50,131 nt of DNA from Nemertoderma westbladi (lineage: Eukaryota > Animalia > Xenacoelomorpha), in assembly GCA_032718475.1 (NCBI GenBank), contig JAUCBJ010005000.1:1-50131 (forward strand), given 5' to 3'. Shown here piece by piece: positions 12,001 to 24,000 of the stretch. The notes beneath the pieces were generated by a model. That model had not been told where the DNA came from and did no database searches. It saw only the letters and a list, made by a program, of their open reading frames with translations. The position numbers and the translations under genes were made by a program. Positions within the stretch are counted from its first letter, which is position 1; the number at the start of each line of letters is the position of its first letter.

Positions 12001-15000
12001 CTTTAATGCCTTCATTCCTTCCTACTTCCCTTTCCTTCCGTCCTACTTTAATGCCTTCATTCCTTCCTACTTCCCTTTCCTTCCGTCCTACTTGAATGCC
12101 TTCATTCCTTCCTACTTCCTTTCCTTTCGTCCTACTTTAATGCCTTCATTCCTTCCTACTTTCCTTTCCTTCCTTCCTACTTTAATGCCTTCATACCTTC
12201 CTACTTTCCTTTCCTTCCGTCCTACTTTAATACCTTCATTCCTTCCTACTTTCCTTTCCTTCCTTCCTACTTGAATGCCTTCATTCCTTCCTACTTCCCT
12301 TTCCTTCCGTCCTACTTGAATGCCTTCATTCCTTCCTACTTCCTTTCCTTTCGTCCTACTTTAATGCCTTCATTCCTTCCTACTTTCCTTTCCTTCCTTC
12401 CTACTTTAATGCCTTCATTCCTTCCTACTTTCCTTTCCTTCCGTCCTACTTTAATGCCTTCATACCTTCCTACTTTCCTTTCCTTCCGTCCTACTTTAAT
12501 GCCTTCATACCTTCCTACTTTCCTTTCCTTCCGTCCTACTTTAATACCTTCATTCCTTCCTACTTTCCTTTCCTTCCTTCCTACTTGAATGCCTTCATTC
12601 CTTCCTACTTCCCTTTCCTTCCGTCCTACTTCAATGCCTTCATTCCTTCCTACTTCCTTTCCTTCCGTCCTACTTCAATGCCTTCCTTCCTTCCTACTTT
12701 CATTTCCTTCCTTCCTACTTCCCTTTCCTTCCGTCCTACTTTAATGCCTTCATACCTTCCTACTTTCCTTTCCTTCCGTCCTACTTTAATGCCTTCATAC
12801 CTTCCTACTTTCCTTTCCTTCCGTCCTACTTTAATACCTTCATTCCTTCCTACTTTCCTTTCCTTCCGTCCTACTTTAATGCCTTCATTCCTTCCTACTC
12901 CCCTTTCCTTCCGTCCTACTTTAATGCCTTCATTCCTTCCTACTCCCCTTTCCTTCCGTCCTACTTTAATGCCTTCATTCCTTCCTACTTTCCTTTCCTT
13001 CCTTCCTACTTGAATGCCTTCATTCCTTCCTACTTTCCTTTCCTTCCGTCCTACTTTAATGCCTTCATACCTTCCTACTTTCCTTTCCTTCCGTCCTACT
13101 TTAATACCTTCATTCCTTCCTACTTTCCTTTCCTTCCGTCCTACTTGAATGCCTTCATTCCTTCCTACTCCCCTTTCCTTCCGTCCTACTTTAATGCCTT
13201 CATTCCTTCCTACTTTCCTTTCCTTCCTTCTTACTTGAATGCCTTCATTCCTTCCTACTTCCTTTCCTTCCGTCCTACTTCAATGCCTTCCTTCCTTCCT
13301 ACTTTCATTCCCTTCCTTCCTACTTTCCTTTCCTTCCTTCCTACTTTCCTTTCCTTCCGTCCTACTTTAATACCTTCATTCCTTCCTACTTTCCTTTCCT
13401 TCCTTCCTACTTGAATGCCTTCATTCCTTCCTACTTCCTTTCCTTCCGTCCTACTTCAATGCCTTCCTTCCTTCCTACTTTCATTTCCTTCCTTCCTACT
13501 TTCCTTTCCTTCCTTCCTACTTTAATGCCTTCATACCTTCCTACTTTCCTTTCCTTCCGTCCTACTTTAATGCCTTCATACCTTCCTACTTTCCTTTCCT
13601 TCCGTCCTACTTTAATACCTTCATTCCTTCCTACTTTCCTTTCCTTCCTTCCTACTTGAATGCCTTCATTCCTTCCTACTTCCCTTTCCTTCCGTCCTAC
13701 TTCAATGCCTTCATTCCTTCCTACTTCCTTTCCTTCCGTCCTACGTCAATGCCTTCCTTCCTTCCTACTTTCATTTCCTTCCTTCCTACTTCCCTTTCCT
13801 TCCGTCCTACTTTAATGCCCTCATACCTTCCTACTTTCCTTTCCTTCCGTCCTACTTTAATGCCTTCATACCTTCCTACTTTCCTTTCCTTCCGTCCTAC
13901 TTTAATGCCTTCATACCTTCCTACTTTCCTTTCCTTCCGTCCTACTTTAATACCTTCATTCCTTCCTACTTTCCTTTCCTTCCTTCCTACTTGAATGCCT
14001 TCATTCCTTCCTACTTCCTTTCCTTCCGTCCTACTTGAATGCCTTCATTCCTTCCTACTTCCTTTCCTTCCGTCCTACTTCAATGCCTTCCTTCCTTCCT
14101 ACTTTCATTTCCTTCCTTCCTACTTTCCTTTCCTTCCTTCCTACTTCCTTTCCTTTCGTCCTACTTTAATGCCTTCATTCCTTCCTACTTTCCTTTCCTT
14201 CCTTCCTACTTTAATGCCTTCATACCTTCCTACTTTCCTTTCCTTCCGTCCTACTTTAATGCCCTCATACCTTCCTACTTTCCTTTCCTTCCGTCCTACT
14301 TTAATGCCTTCATACCTTCCTACTTTCCTTTCCTTCCGTCCTACTTTAATGCCTTCATACCTTCCTACTTTCCTTTCCTTCCGTCCTACTTTAATACCTT
14401 CATTCCTTCCTACTTTCCTTTCCTTCCTTCCTACTTGAATGCCTTCATTCCTTCCTACTTCCTTTCCTTCCGTCCTACTTGAATGCCTTCATTCCTTCCT
14501 ACTTCCTTTCCTTCCGTCCTACTTCAATGCCTTCCTTCCTTCCTACTTTCATTTCCTTCCTTCCTACTTTCCTTTCCTTCCTTCCTACTTCCTTTCCTTT
14601 CGTCCTACTTTAATGCCTTCATTCCTTCCTACTTTCCTTTCCTTCCTTCCTACTTTAATGCCTTCATACCTTCCTACTTTCCTTTCCTTCCGTCCTACTT
14701 TAATGCCCTCATACCTTCCTACTTTCCTTTCCTTCCGTCCTACTTTAATGCCTTCATTCCTTCCTACTTTCTTTTCCTTCCTTCCTACTTCCCTTTCCTT
14801 TCGTCCTACTTTAATGCCCTCATACCTTCCTACTTTCCTTTCCTTCCGTCCTACTTTAATGCCTTCATACCTTCCTACTTTCCTTTCCTTCCGTCCTACT
14901 TTAATACCTTCATTCCTTCCTACTTTCCTTTCCTTCCTTCCTACTTGAATGCCTTCATTCCTTCCTACTTCCTTTCCTTCCTACTTCCTTTCCTTCCGTC

Positions 15001-18000
15001 CTACTTCAATGCCGTCATTCCTTTCTACTTTCCTTTCCTTCCGTCCTACTTTAATGCCTTCATACCTTCCTACTTTCCTTTCCTTCCGTCCTACTTTAAT
15101 ACCTTCATTCCTTCCTACTTTCCTTTCCTTCCTTCCTACTTGAATGCCTTCATTCCTTCCTACTTCCTTTCCTTCCGTCCTACTTGAATGCCTTCATTCC
15201 TTCCTACTTCCTTTCCTTCCGTCCTACTTCAATGCCTTCCTTCCTTCCTACTTTCATTTCCTTCCTTCCTACTTTCCTTTCCTTCCTTCCTACTTCCTTT
15301 CCTTTCGTCCTACTTTAATGCCTTCATTCCTTCCTACTTTCCTTTCCTTCCTTCCTACTTTAATGCCTTCATACCTTCCTACTTTCCTTTCCTTCCGTCC
15401 TACTTTAATGCCCTCATACCTTCCTACTTTCCTTTCCTTCCTTCCTACTTGAATGCCTTCATTCCTTCCTACTTCCCTTTCCTTTCGTCCTACTTTAATG
15501 CCTTCATTCCTTCCCACTTTCCTTTCCTTCCGTCCTACTTTAATGCCTTCATACCTTCCTACTTTCCTTTCCTTCCGTCCTACTTTAATGCCCTCATACC
15601 TTCCTACTTTCCTTTCCTTCCGTCCTACTTTAATGCCTTCATACCTTCCTACTTTCCTTTCCTTCCGTCCTACTTTAATACCTTCATTCCTTCCTACTTT
15701 CCTTTCCTTCCTTCCTACTTGAATGCCGTCATTCCTTCCTACTTCCTTTCCTTCCGTCCTACTTCAATGCCGTCATTCCTTTCTACTTTCCTTTCCTTCC
15801 TTCCTACTTGAATGCCTTCATTCCTTCCTACTTCCTTTCCTTCCGTCCTACTTTAATACCTTCATTCCTTCCTACTTTCCTTTCCTTCCTTCCTACTTGA
15901 ATGCCTTCATTCCTTCCTACTTCCTTTCCTTCCGTCCTACTTCAATGCCTCCATTCCTTCCTACTTCCCTTTCCTTCCGTCCTACTTTAATGCCTTCATA
16001 CCTTCCTACTTTCCTTTCCTTCCGTCCTACTTTAATACCTTCATTCCTTCCTACTTTCCTTTCCTTCCTTCCTACTTGAATGCCTTCATTCCTTCCTACT
16101 TCCCTTTCCTTCCGTCCTACTTTAATACCTTCATTCCTTCCTACTTTCCTTTCCTTCCTTCCTACTTGAATGCCTTCATTCCTTCCTACTTCCTTTCCTT
16201 CCGTCCTACTTGAATGCCTTCATTCCTTCCTACTTCCTTTCCTTCCGTCCTACTTCAATGCCTTCCTTCCTTCCTACTTTCATTTCCTTCCTTCCTACTT
16301 TCCTTTCCTTCCTTCCTACTTCCTTTCCTTTCGTCCTACTTTAATGCCTTCATTCCTTCCTACTTTCCTTTCCTTCCTTCCTACTTTAATGCCTTCATTC
16401 CTTCCTACTTTCCTTTCCTTCCGTCCTACTTTAATGCCTTCATACCTTCCTACTTCCCTTTCCTTCCGTCCTACTTGAATGCCTTCATTCCTTCCTACTT
16501 TCCTTTCCTTCCGTCCTACTTTAATGCCTTCATACCTTCCTACTTTCCTTTCCTTCCGTCCTACTTTAATGCCCTCATACCTTCCTACTTTCCTTTCCTT
16601 CCGTCCTACTTTAATGCCTTCATACCTTCCTACTTTCCTTTCCTTCCGTCCTACTTTAATGCCCTCATACCTTCCTACTTTCCTTTCCTTCCGTCCTACT
16701 TTAATGCCTTCATACCTTCCTACTTTCCTTTCCTTCCGTCCTACTTTAATACCTTCATTCCTTCCTACTTTCCTTTCCTTCCTTCCTACTTGAATGCCTT
16801 CATTCCTTCCTACTTCCTTTCCTTCCGTCCTACTTGAATGCCTTCATTCCTTCCTACTTCCTTTCCTTCCGTCCTACTTCAATGCCTTCCTTCCTTCCTA
16901 CTTTCATTTCCTTCCTTCCTACTTTCCTTTCCTTCCTTCCTACTTCCTTTCCTTTCGTCCTACTTTAATGCCTTCATTCCTTCCTACTTTCCTTTCCTTC
17001 CTTCCTACTTTAATGCCTTCATTCCTTCCTACTTTCCTTTCCTTCCGTCCTACTTTAATGCCTTCATACCTTCCTACTTTCCTTTCCTTCCGTCCTACTT
17101 TAATGCCTTCATACCTTCCTACTTTCCTTTCCTTACGTCATACTTTAATACCTTCATTCCTTCCTACTTTCCTTTCCTTCCTTCCTACTTGAATGCCTTC
17201 ATTCCTTCCTACTTCCCTTTCCTTCCGTCCTACTTCAATGCCTTCATTCCTTCCTACTTCCTTTCCTTCCGTCCTACTTCAATGCCTTCCTTCCTTCCTA
17301 CTTTCATTTCCTTCCGTCCTACTTTAATGCCTTCATACCTTCCTACTTCCCTTTCCTTCCGTCCTACTTTAATGCCTTCATACCTTCCTACTTTCCTTTC
17401 CTTCCGTCCTACTTTAATGCCTTCATACCTTCCTACTTTCCTTTCCTTCCGTCCTACTTTAATACCTTCATTCCTTCCTACTTTCCTTTCCTTCCTTCCT
17501 ACTTGAATGCCTTCATTCCTTCCTACTTCCCTTTCCTTCCGTCCTACTTGAATGCCTTCATTTCTTCCTACTTCCTTTCCTTCCGTCCTACTTCAATACC
17601 TTCATTCCTTCCTACTTTCTTTTCCTTCCGTCCTACTTTAATGCCTTCATACCTTCCTACTTTCCTTTCCTTCCGTCCTACTTTAATGCCTTCATACCTT
17701 CCTACTTTCCTTTCCTTCCGTCCTACTTTAATACCTTCATTCCTTCCTACTTTCCTTTCCTTCCTTCCTACTTGAATGCCTTCATTCCTTCCTACTTCCC
17801 TTTCCTTCCGTCCTACTTGAATACCTTCATTCCTTCCTACTTTCCTTTCCTTCCTTCCTACTTGAATGCCTTCATACCTTCCTACTTTCCTTTCCTTCCG
17901 TCCTACTTTAATGCCTTCATACCTTCCTACTTTCCTTTCCTTCCGTCCTACTTTAATACCTTCATTCCTTCCTACTTTCCTTTCCTTCCTTCCTACTTGA

Positions 18001-21000
18001 ATGCCTTCATTCCTTCCTACTTCCCTTTCCTTTCGTCCTACTTTAATGCCTTCATTCCTTCCTACTTTCCTTTCCTTCCGTCCTACTTTAATGCCTTCAT
18101 ACCTTCCTACTTTCCTTTCCTTCCGTCCTACTTTAATACCTTCATTCCTTCCTACTTTCCTTTCCTTCCTTCCTACTTGAATGCCTTCATTCCTTCCTAC
18201 TTTCCTTTCCTTCCTTCCTACTTGAATGCCTTCATTCCTTCCTACTTCCCTTTCCTTCCGTCCTACTTGAATACCTTCATTCCTTCCTACTTTCCTTTCC
18301 TTCCTTCCTACTTGAATGCCTTCATACCTTCCTACTTTCCTTTCCTTCCGTCCTACTTTAATGCCTTCATACCTTCCTACTTTCCTTTCCTTCCGTCCTA
18401 CTTTAATACCTTCATTCCTTCCTACTTTCCTTTCCTTCCTTCCTACTTGAATGCCTTCATTCCTTCCTACTTCCCTTTCCTTTCGTCCTACTTTAATGCC
18501 TTCATTCCTTCCTACTTTCCTTTCCTTCCGTCCTACTTTAATGCCTTCATACCTTCCTACTTTCCTTTCCTTCCGTCCTACTTTAATACCTTCATTCCTT
18601 CCTACTTTCCTTTCCTTCCGTCCTACTTTAATACCTTCATTCCTTCCTACTTTCTTTTCCTTCCGTCCTACTTCAATGCCTTCCTTCCTTCCTACTTTCA
18701 TTTCCTTCCTTCCTACTTCCTTTCCTTTCGTCCTACTTTAATGCCTTCATTCCTTCCTACTTTCCTTTCCTTCCTTCCTACTTTAATGCCTTCATTCCTT
18801 CCTACTTTCCTTTCCTTCCGTCCTACTTTAATGCCTTCATACCTTCCTACTTTCCTTTCCTTCCGTCCTACTTCAATGCCTTCCTTCCTTCCTACTTTCA
18901 TTTCCTCCTTCCTACTTTCCTTTCCTTCCGTCCTAATTGAATGCCTTCATTCCTTCCTACTTTCCTTTCCTTCCGTCCTACTTTAATGCCTTCATTCTTT
19001 CCTACTTTTATTTCCTTCCATCCTACTTTCATTCTTTCCTTCCTTCCTACTTCCCTTTCCTTCCGTCCTACTTGAATGCCTTCTGTCCTTCCTACTTTCC
19101 TTTCCTTCCATCGTACTTTCATTCCTTCCTTCCTTCCTACTTTCATTTCCTTCCTTCCTACTTTCATTCCTTCCTACTTCCCTTTCCTTTCGTCCTACTT
19201 TAATGCCTTCATTCCTTCCTACTTTCCTTTCCTTCCTTCCTACTGTAATGCCTTCATTCCTTCCTACTTTCCTTTCCTTCCGTCCTACTTTAATGCCTTC
19301 ATACCTTCCTACTTTCCTTTCCTTCCGTCCTACTTTAATGCCTTCATACCTTCCTACTTTCCTTTCCTTCCGTCCTACTTTAATACCTTCATTCCTTCCT
19401 ACTTTCCTTTCCTTCCTTCCTACTTGAATGCCTTCGTTCCTTCCTACTTCCCTTTCCTTCCGTCCTACTTTAATACCTTCATTCCTTCCTACTTTCCTTT
19501 CCTTCCTTCCTACTTGAATGCCTTCATTCCTTCCTACTTCCCTTTCCTTCCGTCCTACTTCAATGCCTTCATTCCTTCCTACTTCCTTTCCTTCCCTCCT
19601 ACTTCAATGCCTTCATTCCTTCCTACTTTCATTTCCTTCCTTCCTACTTTCCTTTCCTTCCGTCCTAATTGAATGCCTTCATTCCTTCCTACTTACCTTT
19701 CCTTCCGTCCTACTTCAATGCCTTCATTCCTTCCTACTTCCTTTCCTTCCGTCCTACTTCAATGCCTTCATTCCTTCCTACTTTCATTTCCTTCCTTCCT
19801 ACTTTCCTTTCCTTCCGTCCTAATTGAATGCCTTCATTCCTTCCTACTTTCCTTTCCTTCCGTCCTACTTCAATGCCTTCATTCCTTCCTACTTCCCTTT
19901 CCTTCCGTCCTACTTCAATGCCTTCATTCCTTCCTACTTTCATTTCCTTCCTTCCTACTTTCCTTTCCTTCCTTCCTACTTGAATGCCTTCATTCCTTCC
20001 TACTTTCCTTTCCTTCCATCCTACTTCAATGCCTTCATTCCTTCCTACTTCCTTTCCTTCCGTCCTACTTCAATGCCTTCCTTCCTTCCTACTTTCATTT
20101 CCTTCCTTCCTACTTTCCTTTCCTTCCTTCCTACTTGAATGCCTTCATTCCTTCCTACTTCCCTTTCCTTCCATCCTACTTCAATGCCTTCCTTCCTTCC
20201 TACTTCCCTTTCCTTCCATCCTACTTCAATGCCTTCATTCCTTCCTACTTCCTTTCCTTCCGTCCTACTTCAATGCCTTCATACCTTCCTACTTTCCTTT
20301 CCTTCCGTCCTACTTTAATACCTTCATTCCTTCCTACTTTCCTTTCCTTCCTTCCTACTTGAATGCCTTCATTCCTTCCTACTTCCCTTTCCTTCCGTCC
20401 TACTTCAATACCTTCATTCCTTCCTACTTTTATTTCCTTCCATCCTACTTTCATTCTTTCCTTCCTTCCTACTTCCCTTTCCTTCCGTCCTACTTGAATG
20501 CCTTCTGTCCTTCCTACTTTCCTTTCATCGTACTTTCATTCCTTCCTTCCTTCCTACTTTCATTTCCTTCCTTCCTACTTTCATTCCTTCCTACTTCCTT
20601 TCCTTCCTTCCTACTTCCTTTCCTTTCGTCCTACTTTAATGCCTTCATTCCTTCCTACTTTCCTTTCCTTCCTTCCTACTTTAATGCCTTCATTCCTTCC
20701 TACTTTCCTTTCCTTCCGTCCTACTTTAATGCCTTCATACCTTCCTACTTTCCTTTCCTTCCGTCCTACTTTAATGCCTTCATACCTTCCTACTTTCCTT
20801 TCCTTCCGTCCTACTTTAATACCTTCATTCCTTCCTACTTTCCTTTCCTTCCTTCCTACTTGAATGCCTTCATACCTTCATACTTCCCTTTCCTTCCGTC
20901 CTACTTCAATGCCTTCATTCCTTCCTACTTCCCTTTCCTTCCGTCCTACTTTAATACCTTCATTCCTTCCTACTTCCTTTCCTTCCGTCCTACTTCAATG

Positions 21001-24000
21001 CCTTCCTTCCTTCCTACTTTCATTTCCTTCCTTCCTACTTTCCTTTCCTTCCTTCCTACTTCCTTTCCTTTCGTCCTACTTTAATGCCTTCATTCCTTCC
21101 TACTTTCCTTTCCTTCCTTCCTACTTTAATGCCTTCATTCCTTCCTACTTTCCTTTCCTTCCGTCCTACTTTAATGCCTTCATACCTTCCTACTTTCCTT
21201 TCCTTCCGTCCTACTTTAATGCCTTCATACCTTCCTACTTTCCTTTCCTTCCGTCTTACTTTAATACCTTCATTCCTTCCTACTTTCCTTTCCTTCCTTC
21301 CTACTTGAATGCCTTCATTCCTTCCTACTTCCCTTTCCTTCCGTCCTACTTCAATGCCTTCATTCCTTCCTACTTCCTTTCCTTCCGTCCTACTTCAATG
21401 CCTTCCTTCCTTCCTACTTTCATTTCCTTCCTTCCTACTTCCCTTTCCTTCCGTCCTACTTTAATGCCTTCATACCTTCCTACTTTCCTTTCCTTCCGTC
21501 CTACTTTAATGCCTTCATACCTTCCTACTTTCCTTTCCTTCCGTCCTACTTTAATACCTTCATTCCTTCCTACTTTCCTTTCCTTCCTTCCTACTTGAAT
21601 GCCTTCATTCCTTCCTACTTCCTTTCCTTCCGTCCTACTTCAATGCCTTCCTTCCTTCCTACTTTCATTCCCTTCCTTCCTACTTTCCTTTCCTTTCTTC
21701 CTACTTTCCTTTCCTTCCGTCCTACTTTAATACCTTCATTACTTCCTACTTTCCTTTCCTTCCTTCCTACTTGAATGCCTTCATTCCTTCCTACTTCCTT
21801 TCCTTCCGTCCTACTTCAATGCCTTCCTTCCTTCCTACTTTCATTTCCTTCCTTCCTACTTTCCTTTCCTTCCTTCCTACTTCCTTTCCTTCCGTCCTAC
21901 TTCAATGCCTTCCTTCCTACTTTCATTTCCTTCCTTCCTACTTTCCTTTCCTTCCGTCCTAATTAAATACCTTCATTCCTTCCTACTTTCCTTTCCTTCC
22001 TTCCTACTTTAATGCCTTCATTCCTTCCTACTTTCCTTTCCTTCCGTCCTACTTTAATGCCTTCATACCTTCCTACTTTCCTTTCCTTCCGTCCTACTTT
22101 AATACCTTCATTCCTTCCTACTTTCCTTTCCTTCCTTCCTACTTGAATGCCTTCATTCCTTCCTACTTCCCTTTCCTTCCGTCCTACTTCAATACCTTCA
22201 TTCCTTCCTACTTTCCTTTCCTTCCGTCCTACTTTAATGCCTTCATACCTTCCTACTTTCCTTTCCTTCCGTCCTACTTTAATACCTTCATTCCTTCCTA
22301 CTTTCCTTTCCTTCCTTCCTACTTGAATGCCTTCATACCTTCCTACTTTCCTTTCCTTCCTTCCTACTTTAATGCCTTCATACCTTCCTACTTTCCTTTC
22401 CTTCCGTCCTACTTTAATACCTTCATTCCTTCCTACTTTCCTTTCCTTCCGTCCTACTTTAATGCCTTCATACCTTCCTACTTTCCTTTCCTTCCGTCCT
22501 ACTTGAATGCCTTCATTCCTTCCTACTTTCCTTTCCTTCCTTCCTACTTGAATGCCTTCATTCCTTCCTACTTTCCTTTCCTTCCTTCCTACTTGAATGC
22601 CTTCATACCTTCCTACTTTCCTTTCCTTCCGTCCTACTTTAATACCTTCATTCCTTCCTACTTTCCTTTCCTTCCTTCCTACTTGAATGCCTTCATTCCT
22701 TCCTACTTTCCTTTCCTTCCTTCCTACTTGAATGCCTTCATTCCTTCCTACTTCCCTTTCCTTCCATCCTACTTCAATGCCTTCATTCTATCCTACTTTC
22801 CTTTCCTTCCGTCCTACTTTAATACCTTCATTCCTTCCTACTTTCTTTTCCTTCCGTCCTACTTCAATGCCTTCCTTCCTTCCTACTTTCATTTCCTTCC
22901 TTCCTACTTCCTTTCCTTTCGTCCTACTTTAATGCCTTCATTCCTTCCTACTTTCCTTTCTCTTCCTTCCTACTTTAATGCCTTCATTCCTTCCTACTTT
23001 CCTTTCCTTCCGTCCTACTTTAATGCCTTCATACCTTCCTACTTTCCTTTCCTTCCGTCCTACTTCAATGCCTTCCTTCCTTCCTACTTTCATTTCCTCC
23101 TTCCTACTTTCCTTTCCTTCCGTCCTAATTGAATGCCTTCATTCCTTCCTACTTTCCTTTCCTTCCGTCCTACTTTAATGCCTTCATTCCTTCCTACTTT
23201 TATTTCCTTCCATCCTACTTTCATTCTTTCCTTCCTTCCTACTTCCCTTTCCTTCCGTCCTACTTGAATGCCTTCTGTCCTTCCTACTTTCCTTTCCTTC
23301 CATCGTACTTTCATTCCTTCCTTCCTTCCTACTTTCATTTCCTTCCTTCCTACTTTCATTCCTTCCTACTTCCCTTTCCTTTCGTCCTACTTTAATGCCT
23401 TCATTCCTTCCTACTTTCCTTTCCTTCCTTCCTACTGTAATGCCTTCATTCCTTCCTACTTTCCTTTCCTTCCGTCCTACTTTAATGCCTTCATACCTTC
23501 CTACTTTCCTTTCCTTCCGTCCTACTTTAATGCCTTCATACCTTCCTACTTTCCTTTCCTTCCGTCCTACTTTAATACCTTCATTCCTTCCTACTTTCCT
23601 TTCCTTCCTTCCTACTTGAATGCCTTCATTCCTTCCTACTTCCCTTTCCTTCCGTCCTACTTCAATGCCTTCATTCCTTCCTACTTCCTTTCCTTCCGTC
23701 CTACTTCAATGCCTTCATTCCTTCCTACTTTCATTTCCTTCCTTCCTACTTTCCTTTCCTTCCGTCCTAATTGAATGCCTTCATTCCTTCCTACTTTCCT
23801 TTCCTTCCGTCCTACTTCAATGCCTTCATTCCTTCCTACTTCCTTTCCTTCCGTCCTACTTCAATGCCTTCCTTCCTTCCTACTTTCATTTCCTTCCTTC
23901 CTACTTTCCTTTCCTTCCTTCCTACTTGAATGCCTTCATTCCTTCCTACTTCCCTTTCCTTCCATCCTACTCCAATGCCTCCATTCCTTCCTACTCCCTT